Shown here: piece by piece, positions 36,256 to 45,307 of the stretch
Layout: each line of letters begins with the position of its first letter
How positions within the stretch are numbered: the stretch's first letter is position 1
Assembly (NCBI GenBank): GCA_963770895.1
Contig: CAVYRF010000001.1
Span: 960,001 to 1,024,000, forward strand
Source of the DNA: an uncultured Acidobacteriota bacterium
GTDB taxonomy: Bacteria; Acidobacteriota; Thermoanaerobaculia; Multivoradales; UBA5704
Direction: 5' to 3'
DNA: 64,000 bases
The notes under the pieces: model-generated
Told to the model about the DNA's origin: nothing
The model's input: the letters and a program-made list of their open reading frames with translations, nothing else
Database searches by the model: none
Made by a program: the position numbers and the translations under genes

Positions 36256-37524
36256 ATGTCCGACAGCAACCCAACCCGCGACGATGCCGTGCCGGCGCTC
36301 GCATCTGCCGACGCGCAAAAAATCGAAGCGCGCCTGCTCTGGGCCGAGCGCATGGAAAGCCTGGCGGCCCTCACCTCCGGGATCACCCATTCGCTCAGCA
36401 ACCTGCTCGCCTCCACGCTGATGTCGGTAGACCTGGTGCTGCGCACCAGCCCGGAGGGCACACACAACCAGCTGCTCACCTCGCTCCAGGCGATGACCCG
36501 CGACAGCCTGGAGATGGTGCGCCAGCTGATGTGGATCGCGCGCGGGGTGGAAGGCGCGCCGGTCGTCTTCCAGGCGCAGTACCTGTTCGTGGAAATTCAA
36601 CGCCTGCTGGAGGTCTCCGTCCCCGCCGTGCCGGTCATCACCGAATATCCCGAAGACCTCTGGCCGCTCCAGGGAGATCCGCACCGCTTCGTGCAGCTGG
36701 TCCTGGCGCTCTGCCTGGAGGCCAACCGCCATCTTCCGGCCGGCGCCGCGATCTTCCTGAGCGCCGCCAATGTCGCGCCTCCTTCGGCGGCAGGCGCGGA
36801 CCGGCATATTGCGATCGAGGTGGAGGTGCGGGCGCATCCGTCGTCGCTGTCGGCCGGCGCTGCCGCACCCGGTGCGCGCAGGGCCCCCGCAAAAACGACT
36901 GCGCGCGCCCATCCTCCGGGCCTCTGGCTGGTGGAACGCCCGCGGTGCCCCGCGGCGGCCCTTGCCGTGGGCGCCGGCGGCGCCTTCGAGGCGCTGCAGC
37001 CGCCGGCGGGGCGCGGCGCGCGTATCGTCCTGCCGGCGGCCGGCACGCCTGCCAACCCAGCCGCGCCGGCGGGCGAGCCGCCGCGCGGCGACGGCGCTCG
37101 CGTCGTCATCTGCGAGGAAGCGCCGATCCTCGCTCAGGCTCTCACCGAAGTGTTGGCCGGGCACGGCTACCAGGCGGTCGTCGCGCCCCGCTCGCAGCCG
37201 CGTCCCGCCGATGCGCCCGGTTTGGGAAGCCTGAAGGACCACGGGAAGGTGGACGAAGGGATCGATCTGGCCAGGTGCCCCGGCGACCTGCTGCTGGTGG
37301 CCGCGGATCTCGACGCCGCCGGTCTCTGGCAAATGTGCGCCGCGGCCGCCCAGGCCACGGTGCCCGTCATCCTGATGGTCGACGCCGCAACCGCGAGCCG
37401 GCTCGAGCGAGAGACGCCCGATCGGCCGCGCGGCTTTTCGCCGGCGGCCATCCTGCGCAAACCCTTTACCGCCCGCGAGCTGCTGTTCGCGCTCGCCGGC
37501 AGCGGCCAGCGTGCCTGCCCGTGA
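36256..37524 (+). CDS. Degenerate histidine kinase/REC hybrid (pseudokinase-like)
   Basis: H-box-like ERMESLAALTSGITHSLSNLL and DPHRFVQLVLALCLEA (N-box Asn residues lost). No G-boxes. REC remnant ICEEAP...LRKPFT. Confidence 0.6.
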   Translation: MSDSNPTRDDAVPALASADAQKIEARLLWAERMESLAALTSGITHSLSNLLASTLMSVDLVLRTSPEGTHNQLLTSLQAMTRDSLEMVRQLMWIARGVEGAPVVFQAQYLFVEIQRLLEVSVPAVPVITEYPEDLWPLQGDPHRFVQLVLALCLEANRHLPAGAAIFLSAANVAPPSAAGADRHIAIEVEVRAHPSSLSAGAAAPGARRAPAKTTARAHPPGLWLVERPRCPAAALAVGAGGAFEALQPPAGRGARIVLPAAGTPANPAAPAGEPPRGDGARVVICEEAPILAQALTEVLAGHGYQAVVAPRSQPRPADAPGLGSLKDHGKVDEGIDLARCPGDLLLVAADLDAAGLWQMCAAAAQATVPVILMVDAATASRLERETPDRPRGFSPAAILRKPFTARELLFALAGSGQRACP

Positions 37525-37685
37525 TCGGCACTGTGCATGCCCTCGGATCGATGGGGGAGCAGCAGGCATTGATCGTGCTCGGGCAGGAGGCGCAGGCGCT
37601 GCGCGGCGACGCCCTGCTTATAACGTCCACAAGCGTGGCTTGAGCGCCACGACCTCGACGCGTCTTCTGGCCGGCCCCTGGTAAT

Positions 37686-38087
37686 CTAGGCCAAGGGTGG
37701 CAGAAGGAAGCGGCAGCGCGGACCGGCGGCTCTGGCGAGGCGCTGATCAAGCGTCGCCATGGGAAGGTCGCACTGTTCGGCCACTGCAACGTACCAGGCG
37801 TCATAGCTCGAAACGTTGCCTCGCAGCTCCGAGACCCGCTCTGCGAAAGGTATGAAGGGCACCAGCTCGAGGTCGAACTGGAGAAGGTCACGGGCGGCGG
37901 TAGCGGCTTCCATCCGGCCAAGACGGCCCGCAAGCTCGAAGCGGCGGAGGATGTTCGTGGCCTCGACGAGAGCCAGGTGAGGCGCGACCAAGCCGCCTGC
38001 GCGCATCACGTCCTCCGCCCACCTCCCGGCGGGTCCCATATCCGAGGTCGCAGCAACCAAGAGCGAGGCGTCGACGACCGCGCTCAC
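37686..38087 (-). CDS. vapC: VapC-family PIN-domain toxin
   Basis: VVDAS..EATNILRR..SSYDAWYVAVAE..ATLDQRL. Confidence 0.88.
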   Translation of the reverse strand: MSAVVDASLLVAATSDMGPAGRWAEDVMRAGGLVAPHLALVEATNILRRFELAGRLGRMEAATAARDLLQFDLELVPFIPFAERVSELRGNVSSYDAWYVAVAEQCDLPMATLDQRLARAAGPRCRFLLPPLA

Positions 38088-38320
38088 CGGCGGTCCGCGT
38101 CGCGATGGGTCAGGATCTCCTCCGCAGAGAGCCTGGTTCCTGCCGTCGCCTTGCGCTCACGGATCCGCTCGAGCACCTTGTCGACCGGCGGGCGCGCAGC
38201 CAGACGCTCCAACTCGGCACGCAGGTATTCCTGCATCGACTTGCCCTGCAGAGATGCCCGCGCGGCAAGCTCATCCCTAACCGCATTTGGCACGTCACGG
38301 ATGGTGATTTGAACGCTCAT
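38084..38320 (-). CDS. FitA/VapB-like ribbon-helix-helix antitoxin
   Basis: MSVQITIRDVPNAVRDELAARASLQGKSMQEYLR, with a 4-nt overlap with the toxin gene. Confidence 0.85.
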   Translation of the reverse strand: MSVQITIRDVPNAVRDELAARASLQGKSMQEYLRAELERLAARPPVDKVLERIRERKATAGTRLSAEEILTHRDADRR

Positions 38321-38323
38321 GGC

Positions 38324-38354
38324 TGCATTTTGACGCTGCTGACCGCAAAATGCA
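38324..38354. promoter_or_regulatory. Inverted repeat TGCATTTTG-N13-CAAAATGCA, candidate antitoxin operator
   Basis: Perfect 9-bp arms immediately upstream of the antitoxin start codon. Confidence 0.55.
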
Positions 38355-38452
38355 AGCGCCGGCGGAGGGCGCATGGAGAGCAGTTCACGGCGAGGCGGAG
38401 ATGCGCCCGACGGCAGTTGCTGGGGGCAGGGGTGCCGGTCCATCGGCGCTGG

Positions 38453-38707
38453 CCGCCGCGGCGGACATCGCCCTGGCCGCCGCTGCCAGGCCCGCCGCCG
38501 CCTCGGGCGTGGTGGACGCCGGGCTCTGTCACGGCGCGGCGGGAGTGGCGCACCTGTTCGCGCGCCTGCACCTCGCGCCCGGCTCCGCGGCGCTGGCCGA
38601 CGCCGCCCGCGGCTGGCTACGCCGGGCGCTTGACCTGCGCAGCCCCGACCGCGGCCCCGGCGGCTTTGCCAGCTGGGCCGATACCTCGGCAGGCGGTACC
38701 TGGTGCG
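38453..38707 (+). pseudogene. Near-identical copy of a 3' segment of lanC (52620-52874)
   Basis: AAADIALAAAARP..DAGLCHGAAG..ADTSAGGTWC. The DNA is nearly identical to the intact gene. Confidence 0.85.
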
Positions 38708-38802
38708 GCCGTCACGCCCTCAGCGGCAAGGCCCGCCCCGTGGGCGCCTGGCCAGGACAGGCGACCGTCGCGGCAAAACGATTCTATCCATCCGCCTACC
38801 TA

Positions 38803-39225
38803 TCACTTTCGCATTGCAGGCGTGTGGGTGATGCCCACCAGCAGGCCTTCCGGTCCGAGCAGCCGTGTTACGACCTGGCCCCAGGGTTCCTTTTGCGCCG
38901 CTACCAGCAGCCTGTAGCCCTGCGACTGCAATTGCGCGTTGGCTTGTTCGATGTGCTCGACGTCGAATTCGATCCAGGCTTGCGGCACGGATAGATCGCC
39001 CGGCCATTGATCCTTGCCAAAGCAGGATTTCGCTGCCTGCGCCAAGGGCCATAGGGCGAAATGCTTCACTCCGTCCAGCTCTCCCGTGTGCAGGTAGCCG
39101 TCGGCGTCTTCCTTGAGCGGCAGGCCCAGTGTCTCGGAATACAACTTGCGGCTGGCGGCCGGGTCGCGGACGATCGGGCCGAAGCCAGCGACGAAGAGCA
39201 CATTGATATTGTTCGGTGTTTCCAT
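38803..39225 (-). CDS. VOC/glyoxalase-family protein
   Basis: METPNNINVLFVAGFGPIVRD..YSETLGL..WIEFDVE..EPWGQVVTRLLGPEGLLVG, with a GGAGG RBS. Confidence 0.85.
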   Translation of the reverse strand: METPNNINVLFVAGFGPIVRDPAASRKLYSETLGLPLKEDADGYLHTGELDGVKHFALWPLAQAAKSCFGKDQWPGDLSVPQAWIEFDVEHIEQANAQLQSQGYRLLVAAQKEPWGQVVTRLLGPEGLLVGITHTPAMRK

Positions 39226-39300
39226 CGGTTCCTCCTGTGATCTAGCCTGGGATCGTACCGCGAGCGGGGTTCCTGCGGCGGCACGGGCCATGCGGCTGGT

Positions 39301-39459
39301 TTCCCGCAGCTCACCATGGGGCTCGCCCTGCCGCTTCTGGTGATGACGGCGGCGGCGCTCGCGACCGGCGACCCGTCGTGGAACCGGTCCGCCCGCTTCT
39401 GGGCCGGAATCTTCGCCGTCAACTTCGTCATGGGAGTGGTCACCGGCATTCCCATGGAG
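39301..39459 (+). pseudogene. cydA: Cytochrome bd oxidase subunit I, N-terminal fragment
   Basis: FPQLTMGLAL..ARFWAGIFAVNFVMGVVTGIPME. Confidence 0.75.
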
Positions 39460-39585
39460 GGCGCTTGCCGCGGCGCCGCCGCCGTCCTTCCCAGGCTCTG
39501 GCCGTAACAATTCGGTCGCTTTGGTCGCCTCCTTTCTTATCAGCCGTAGCGCTCTCACGGCGCCAGCGGATTGCAAGGAGGAAGC

Positions 39586-39951
39586 ATGAGCGAGAAAACC
39601 AATCCCAGGAAACGCGGCTCGGACCTGCTGCGGGAGCTGCACGGGGACCATCACGGGCTCGACAAGCAGTCGCTCGATCTGATCGACACGGTGCTGGAGG
39701 ACGAATCCGTCCAGCTCCTGGGCTGGCATCGCTATGGCCAGCCGGCCGTCGATCAGCTCGTCGGTACATTTCTGGTTGAGGGCAGCAGCGTGGCTTCCCT
39801 GGTCGGCAAATTCCGCCAGGGCCTGCCCTGGGGCGTCAACGTCTTTCCGTACGGCATCCCACCGATCTACCTGACGGTGGTGCAGGTCACCCAGAACGGC
39901 GGTCCTTCTGCCGTCGCTTCCGCCAACGTGACTCCCGCCGCGGGCACCTAG
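39586..39951 (+). CDS. Hypothetical 121-aa protein with two aromatic-YG-x-P motifs; putative radical SAM substrate
   Basis: AAGGAGG RBS. WHRYGQP and FPYGIPP are 40 aa apart. The gene ends 10 nt before the radical SAM gene. Confidence 0.75.
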   Translation: MSEKTNPRKRGSDLLRELHGDHHGLDKQSLDLIDTVLEDESVQLLGWHRYGQPAVDQLVGTFLVEGSSVASLVGKFRQGLPWGVNVFPYGIPPIYLTVVQVTQNGGPSAVASANVTPAAGT

Positions 39952-39961
39952 ATCGACCGCC

Positions 39962-41080
39962 ATGAGCTGCACAGGAGCCACACGGGTCGTCCAGGTGCAC
40001 CCGACTCGCCGCTGCAACCTCCGGTGCCTACACTGCTACTCGTCCTCCGGGCCCGAGGTGCGCGGCGGGCTGGCCGTGGGGCTCCTGTGCACGGCTCTCG
40101 CCGACGCTGTCGCCGAAGGCTACACGGCGATGGCGGTCTCGGGCGGCGAGCCGCTGCTGTACCGCCCGCTGCCGGAGCTGCTGGGTACCGCCCGCCGGCT
40201 CGGTATGATTACGGCGCTCACCACCAATGGCATGTTGCTTGACGAGCGCCGGCTCGCCTCCCTGGCCGGCGCTCTCGACCTGTTGGTCATCAGCCTCGAC
40301 GGCAAGCCGGCCTCGCACGACCGCATGCGCAACGACCCGCGCGCTTTCGCCACGATGGCCGGCCGGCTGCCCGGCCTGCGGCAGGCCGGCCTGCCCTTCG
40401 GGTTTCTCTTCACTCTCACGCAATACAACCTGCACGAGCTCGATTGGGTGGCCGCCTTTGCCGTGGAGCAGGGAGCGCGCCTGCTGCAGATCCATCCGCT
40501 CGAGCCGGCCGGACGGGCAGGCGAGACTCTGGCCGAGGAGTGCCCGGACGACGAAGAGGGGAGCTGGGCGTTCCTGGTTGCCGCTGAGCTTCAAGAGAAG
40601 TACGGCGAAAGGTTGCGCGTTCACCTGGACTTCGTAAGCCGCCGCGCCATCGCCGGACGCGCCGGCCATTTCTTCGCCGGCGCCGAGCCGGTGCCGGCGG
40701 CATCCCGCCGGGAGTGCGCGTTGCCGGCGCCGGGTGGAGCCCCGGCGGCCGCCGCCACCGGCCCCGATGCCGACGGCGATGCCGATGCTGAGAAGTGGCC
40801 ACCGCTCTCGGCGCTGGTACAGCCGCTTGTCATCGAGGCCGACGGCGAGTTGGTGCCGCTCGAGTATGGGTTCCCGCGTCACCTCTCGCTGGGGAACCTC
40901 CATGAGGCGCCGCTGCCGGCGCTCGCCGAGCGCTGGCGCCGCGAGCGCCAACCCGCCTTCCGCCGTCTTTGTCGAGCGGCCTTCGCGTCGGTCGTCGAGG
41001 CGCCTCGCACCGCGGCGCCGCTCACCAGCTGGGGCGAAGCGCTGCGGCGGGCGGATGAAGGGCTCAGATGTGCGCCGTGA
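39962..41080 (+). CDS. Radical SAM enzyme (C-terminal domain without SPASM cysteines)
   Basis: CNLRCLHC, SGGEPLL, TTNG, ISLDG..HD, QIHPLE and LVIEADG..LGNL. Confidence 0.92.
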   Translation: MSCTGATRVVQVHPTRRCNLRCLHCYSSSGPEVRGGLAVGLLCTALADAVAEGYTAMAVSGGEPLLYRPLPELLGTARRLGMITALTTNGMLLDERRLASLAGALDLLVISLDGKPASHDRMRNDPRAFATMAGRLPGLRQAGLPFGFLFTLTQYNLHELDWVAAFAVEQGARLLQIHPLEPAGRAGETLAEECPDDEEGSWAFLVAAELQEKYGERLRVHLDFVSRRAIAGRAGHFFAGAEPVPAASRRECALPAPGGAPAAAATGPDADGDADAEKWPPLSALVQPLVIEADGELVPLEYGFPRHLSLGNLHEAPLPALAERWRRERQPAFRRLCRAAFASVVEAPRTAAPLTSWGEALRRADEGLRCAP

Positions 41081-41313
41081 CAGTGCTGCCCAGGCGGCCG
41101 CCGGCTCGGCGATCCAGCGGAAGCCGCGGCCGGTCAGGGGCAGGCGGATCTGTTGCGCAACCTAAGATGGTTTGGCGCTTGCTGATCCTCGGAAAGCGTC
41201 GGAAAAAGCAGTCTGCCAAGATCCCGGGGGCGGTATGGCGGGCCGCGCCGCAAAAGCGGTTCTCTGGGTCGTCTCGCTCAGCAGCGCGGCCGGGTGTTAA
41301 CCCCTTCGGAAGG

Positions 41314-41484
41314 CTAGCAGGTGTAGCCCTGGCAGGTGATATGGGGGCACGACGGACAAACCGAACACTCGGTGGTACAGCTGAGCTTCGCGGTCAGCCC
41401 GCCGGCGAGATGCGACAGCATGCCGTTTTCCAATTGGCTGAGGGTTTCCTTTGCCAGGGCGAGACGCTTTCCCACTCTCTTCAC
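41314..41484 (-). CDS. RiPP precursor peptide A2, 56 aa, with a Cys/Ser/Thr-rich core
   Basis: Hand translation (GTG start, AAGGAG RBS): MKRVGKRLALAKETLSQLENGMLSHLAGG-LTAKLSCTTECSVCPSCPHITCQGYTC*. Not in the ORF track. Confidence 0.82.
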   Translation of the reverse strand: MKRVGKRLALAKETLSQLENGMLSHLAGGLTAKLSCTTECSVCPSCPHITCQGYTC

Positions 41485-42179
41485 GGTACGGCTCCTTTCT
41501 TGACTAGGCTTCGCTCTCTCAGGCAGATTTGCGCCAGAGCTATTTTCATAAACTGTATCACGCGAATATCGATACTACCGGACATGCAACAAGCCTCTGC
41601 ACTCCACAGTAGGGGGCTTGCAATGCGTCGTTGGTCGGCACAGGGCGCCTGGTGAGCCCGAGCATCGGCCGGCTCTGAACCTGGCCCAGCGTCAGGTGGA
41701 GGTCGAGCAGGCCCTCGATGGCGCAGCAGGTGCTCGCCAGAGTGGCGCGAGGCCGCTTCTCGCGCCGACCAAGAGCGCCTCATCCACCCGCATGCGCCAC
41801 CAGGATCCTTGCCTACTCCACCGCGCACTCGCCAAACCCTGAGCCCGCGGTGCGCGCTCGGGCAGCAGCCATCCCTGCGAACACACACCGCTTCACCGCA
41901 TGCGGGAGAGCGGCGCGGGCGCCGCCACCGCGCCCGGCTTCGATGCCGGGCATGCGACGGTCGAGGTGGCGCCCTGCCGCTGTCACCGTGGACATCCATC
42001 TGGCGAGGTCGACTCTGCGGCAGCCGTAAGTGGCGGTGAGGGCGTGATGGCGACGTCGTCACCTTTCCAGCCCGCAGCAACGACAGGGCGCCAGAGCGAT
42101 GCCAGGTCGATGGGTCCATTGGTGAGATCGAGAGGTGACCCTGGGTGGTGTACATTGGTGGTGTCTCAAGGAGGTGCGC

Positions 42180-42386
42180 GTGAGCCGAATGACCGTCACG
42201 ATCGATGATGCCTTGCTGGAAGAGGCGAAGGAAGCGCTCGGTGCCGAGACTCGTGCCGAGGCCATCCGGACCGCGCTGGGGGAGGCCGTGAGGCGCCGGC
42301 GCTTGGCGCAAGCGCTCGAGCAGCGCGGTCAATTCCAACTGCGCGGCGACCTTTCTGAGCTGCGACGTCTGCGGGAAGAAGGATGA
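42180..42386 (+). CDS. vapB: VapB-family antitoxin
   Basis: MSRMTVTIDDALLEEAKEALGAETRAEAIRTAL, with an AAGGAGGT RBS and an ATGA overlap with the toxin. Confidence 0.85.
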   Translation: MSRMTVTIDDALLEEAKEALGAETRAEAIRTALGEAVRRRRLAQALEQRGQFQLRGDLSELRRLREEG

Positions 42387-42787
42387 TCGTCGCTGACAGC
42401 TCGGCGCTGATCGAATACTACCGACGGGGAGGTTCACCGGCGGTGCAGGAGGCCGTGGCCGCGGCGATCACTGCAGACGCGCTGGCATTCAATGGCATCG
42501 TTTTCGTCGAGGTCGTCGGGTTCGCTGCTGACGAGAGGGAGCGGCGAGCGCTACTTGCGAGCTTCGGCGCCTTCCATCGCCTGGCGCTGGAAGACGGGGA
42601 CTTCGATCTTGCGGCAAGAATCGCCTTCGACTTTCGGCGCCGCGGACGCACAGTACCCGCCACCGACCTGATCATCGCCGCAAGCGCGATCCGTGCCCAG
42701 GCTGAGCTTCTCCACGTTGACGATCACTTTGACGAAATCGCCAGCGTGAGCGCCCTGGCCTCCAGGAATCTTTCCAAGCCGGCTTGA
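42383..42787 (+). CDS. vapC: VapC-family PIN-domain toxin
   Basis: IVADSSALI..VEVVG..TDLIIAASA..LLHVDDHF. Confidence 0.88.
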   Translation: MIVADSSALIEYYRRGGSPAVQEAVAAAITADALAFNGIVFVEVVGFAADERERRALLASFGAFHRLALEDGDFDLAARIAFDFRRRGRTVPATDLIIAASAIRAQAELLHVDDHFDEIASVSALASRNLSKPA

Positions 42788-42877
42788 GCTGTCGTTCCAC
42801 CGATGCGGGAGAGCGGCGCGCCCCGGCGGGCGGCGCCGGGGGCTGGCCGGCGCCGCGCTGACCGGAGGTGGCGACCG

Positions 42878-43543
42878 TCACACGGGGGAGGAGGCGGGGC
42901 CGACGGTGAGATTGTTGGCGACGGCCAGGACACCCGGCGCGGCCCAGGCGGCGCGGCCGGCTTCGGTTTTGGCCTGCCAGGAGTGGACGTGGCCGGTCAG
43001 GGTGACCTTGCCGTCGTCGGCGGTGACGGTGATGTCGTGGGAGTCGAGCTCGGCGCTGCGGTGGAGAGCCCGCTTGATCTCGACGGCGACTTCGCGCGGG
43101 CTCAGGGCCGGTTCGATGTCGATGCGGTTCATCACCCCCTTGACGCCGGCGAAGTAGCGCACCACGTCTTCGGCCATCTCCTTTTCGAATCCCCAGGACA
43201 CGGTGCCGGTGAGCACGATCCAGCCGTGTTCGGCCTTGACCTGGATGTGCTTCCTGGCGAGCGTCACGTTGGCGGCGAGCGCGTCCAGCGCGGCCTGTGC
43301 GAGCTCGGTGTCGGAGCGCATCATGCTGGCGGCGGGAGTGACCTCGATCTCTTCGGCGAGTCCGCGCACGCCCTTGACCCGCCGCACGGCCCGTTCGCAG
43401 GCGAGCTTCTCCGGGTAGGTGGCGACGGTGCCCATGAGGGTTACGACGCCGTCGCTGACGTTGACAGCGATCTGCTGAGGGTGGATTCGCGGGTCCCAAT
43501 TAAGCTCCGCAACGACCTGTTCTTGCAAGTGGATGTCGTCCAT
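42878..43543 (-). CDS. BON-domain protein (three BON repeats, OsmY-like)
   Basis: [33 protein letters not shown] and [22 protein letters not shown]. Confidence 0.9.
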   Translation of the reverse strand: MDDIHLQEQVVAELNWDPRIHPQQIAVNVSDGVVTLMGTVATYPEKLACERAVRRVKGVRGLAEEIEVTPAASMMRSDTELAQAALDALAANVTLARKHIQVKAEHGWIVLTGTVSWGFEKEMAEDVVRYFAGVKGVMNRIDIEPALSPREVAVEIKRALHRSAELDSHDITVTADDGKVTLTGHVHSWQAKTEAGRAAWAAPGVLAVANNLTVGPASSPV

Positions 43544-43669
43544 GGCTTCCTCTCCAGTGTTTTCGTTGGGGCGGCCCGATCGATTTCGGGCGCTGTGCGA
43601 CCGTTCTGTACCGCAAGTGATCCCGGCTGATCGCCGCTTGCTGGAAAACAGACTACGGGGCGGCTGTTG

Positions 43670-43738
43670 TACCGCCGACCCCCCTCGGGGTGGTTCGTGA
43701 GGCTTCGCCGGGTGGGCCGGCGACCCACCCCGCCGGGG
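43670..43738 (-). repeat. ~68-bp element; an inverted copy lies at 48362-48430
   Basis: The reverse complement ccggcggggtgggtcgccggcccacccggcgaagcctcacgaaccaccccgaggggggtcggcggtac aligns with ccggcggggtgggttgcaagcccacctggcgggaccctgcggaccacccccagggaggtcggcggcac. Confidence 0.7.
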
Positions 43739-43855
43739 AGGCCGGGGGCGTGTCCCGCGGATGACGGCCCACTGGGGATCGGCCCCACCCTGGGATGCGG
43801 CCTGCGGCCACCCCCGGGGTGTCGGAGGCAAGGGGGGCCCGCAATAGTCTGCTCG

Positions 43856-44488
43856 AAGCAGGTGGCGCAGGCGGCGCTGGCGGTCGCACAGCGGCAGTAC
43901 GACCTGGCGCGCGCCGGGGCCTGGGCCTACGACGTGAAGAACCAGGAGGAGCAGTACCACGCCCTGACCCAGGCCTACGAGGCGTCCAAGCGCGCCGCAG
44001 ACGTGGCGGCGATCCAGCAGGCGGTGGCGCGGCTGGGCTACGTCGCGCTGACCAAGGACCAGTTCATCGCGCGGATCGCCGACTTCTACACCTACAAGAC
44101 GGGCGTCGGCACCAACCTGATGGTGATGACGATCATCAGCTTCCTGGTCGGCCTGTCGATCTCGGGGCAGACGTTCTTCACCTTCATCCTGGAAAATCTC
44201 GAGAAGTTCGGCGCCTTGAAGGCGATCGGCGCCAAGGGGCGCGAGCTGGTGTACATGATCCTTTTCCAGGCCAGCTTCACGGCGCTAACCGGCTACGGGC
44301 TAGGGGTGGGATTGTGCGCCCTGATGATATGGATCGCGCGGCTGAGGCTTCCCGACTACGCCGCCGTCATCACCTGCGGCAACCTGGGCATCGCCTTCGC
44401 CATGGTGCTGGTGATCGCCGGGTTGTCCAGCTACATCGGCATCCGCAAGGTGCTGAAGATCGAACCCTTCGACATTTTCCGCGGCTGA
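43856..44488 (+). pseudogene. Fused remnant of an HlyD-type adaptor and the C-terminus of an FtsX/DevC-like ABC permease
   Basis: [21 protein letters not shown] runs directly into ..[35 protein letters not shown]. No credible start codon. Confidence 0.65.
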
Positions 44489-44530
44489 GCGGCGGTGCTG
44501 CCGGCGGCCGGCCAGCCGCGGCGACGACCC

Positions 44531-45167
44531 TCAGCGTGCAGCTGCGCCCGCGACCGCGCCGAGGCCCTGCGGACGATCGAAGCCAAAGAGGTTGGGATGT
44601 CCCTGGCAGCCGCCGGTGGCAAGGTATTGGGATTTACCGTCGACCTCTCCGAGATGTGGCCCGCTGGCCAGGGCGTCGGTGCCGGCGCGGTATGCCTGTT
44701 CGATCGAGATGGGATCGCCGGCGGGGTCGGTGGCATTGACGGCGGCTTGCCAGAGCGGCCGGATGAAGGGTTCGCAGCGCGCTTCATGGTGACTGTCGGC
44801 GCTGGCCACGTCCACGACGTCCCGCCCCAACCGCGCGGCCTCCTCAAGAAAGCCGCCCGAGTAACACTGATCGGCGATGAGGATCAAGCGCGCGAAGGGA
44901 AGCGGCGCCAGGCGGTGCAGGAATGCGCCGGCTGTAACCAGACCGCTTTCCAGGCTGAGAAAGGTGTGGCCGAAGGCGCGCCCGCCGTGACCGGTGAGAT
45001 AGACGAGCAGCAGGTCTCGTGGCCGCATCGCGCGCCGCAGCAGTTCCACGGCCTGGTCGAGGCCGGCGGTCGACGCGGGCAGGCGCCGGATCGCGGCGTC
45101 TTCGCCGTGCGCCTTGCCGGCGGCCACGAGCAGCGTATGGTCGGGGGTGTAGCCGAGACGGGGCAGG
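44531..45167 (-). pseudogene. 5'-truncated second copy of the C13 peptidase
   Basis: Homologous to 29107-29743. The start and signal-peptide region is deleted, but TGHGG and DQCYSG are retained. Confidence 0.8.
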
Positions 45168-45307
45168 ACGGCGCCTGCCGCGCACCATCAGTCATTACCC
45201 CCGGTCGGGATCGGGAGTCGTCCGGTCGCCGGCGCTCGCTCCGGCCTCCTCCTTGTAGGGTTTTTCCTACGCGGCGAGGATCGATCGATGGAGATGGCGT
45301 TGCTGCG

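Noticed and set aside
39962-41080. Annotation of the radical SAM enzyme as heme synthase AhbC/NirJ or PqqE
   Set aside because: It lacks SPASM cysteines and there are no heme or PQQ pathway genes nearby.
41068-41655. 195-aa plus-strand ORF
   Set aside because: No recognisable motifs. It is antisense to precursor A2.
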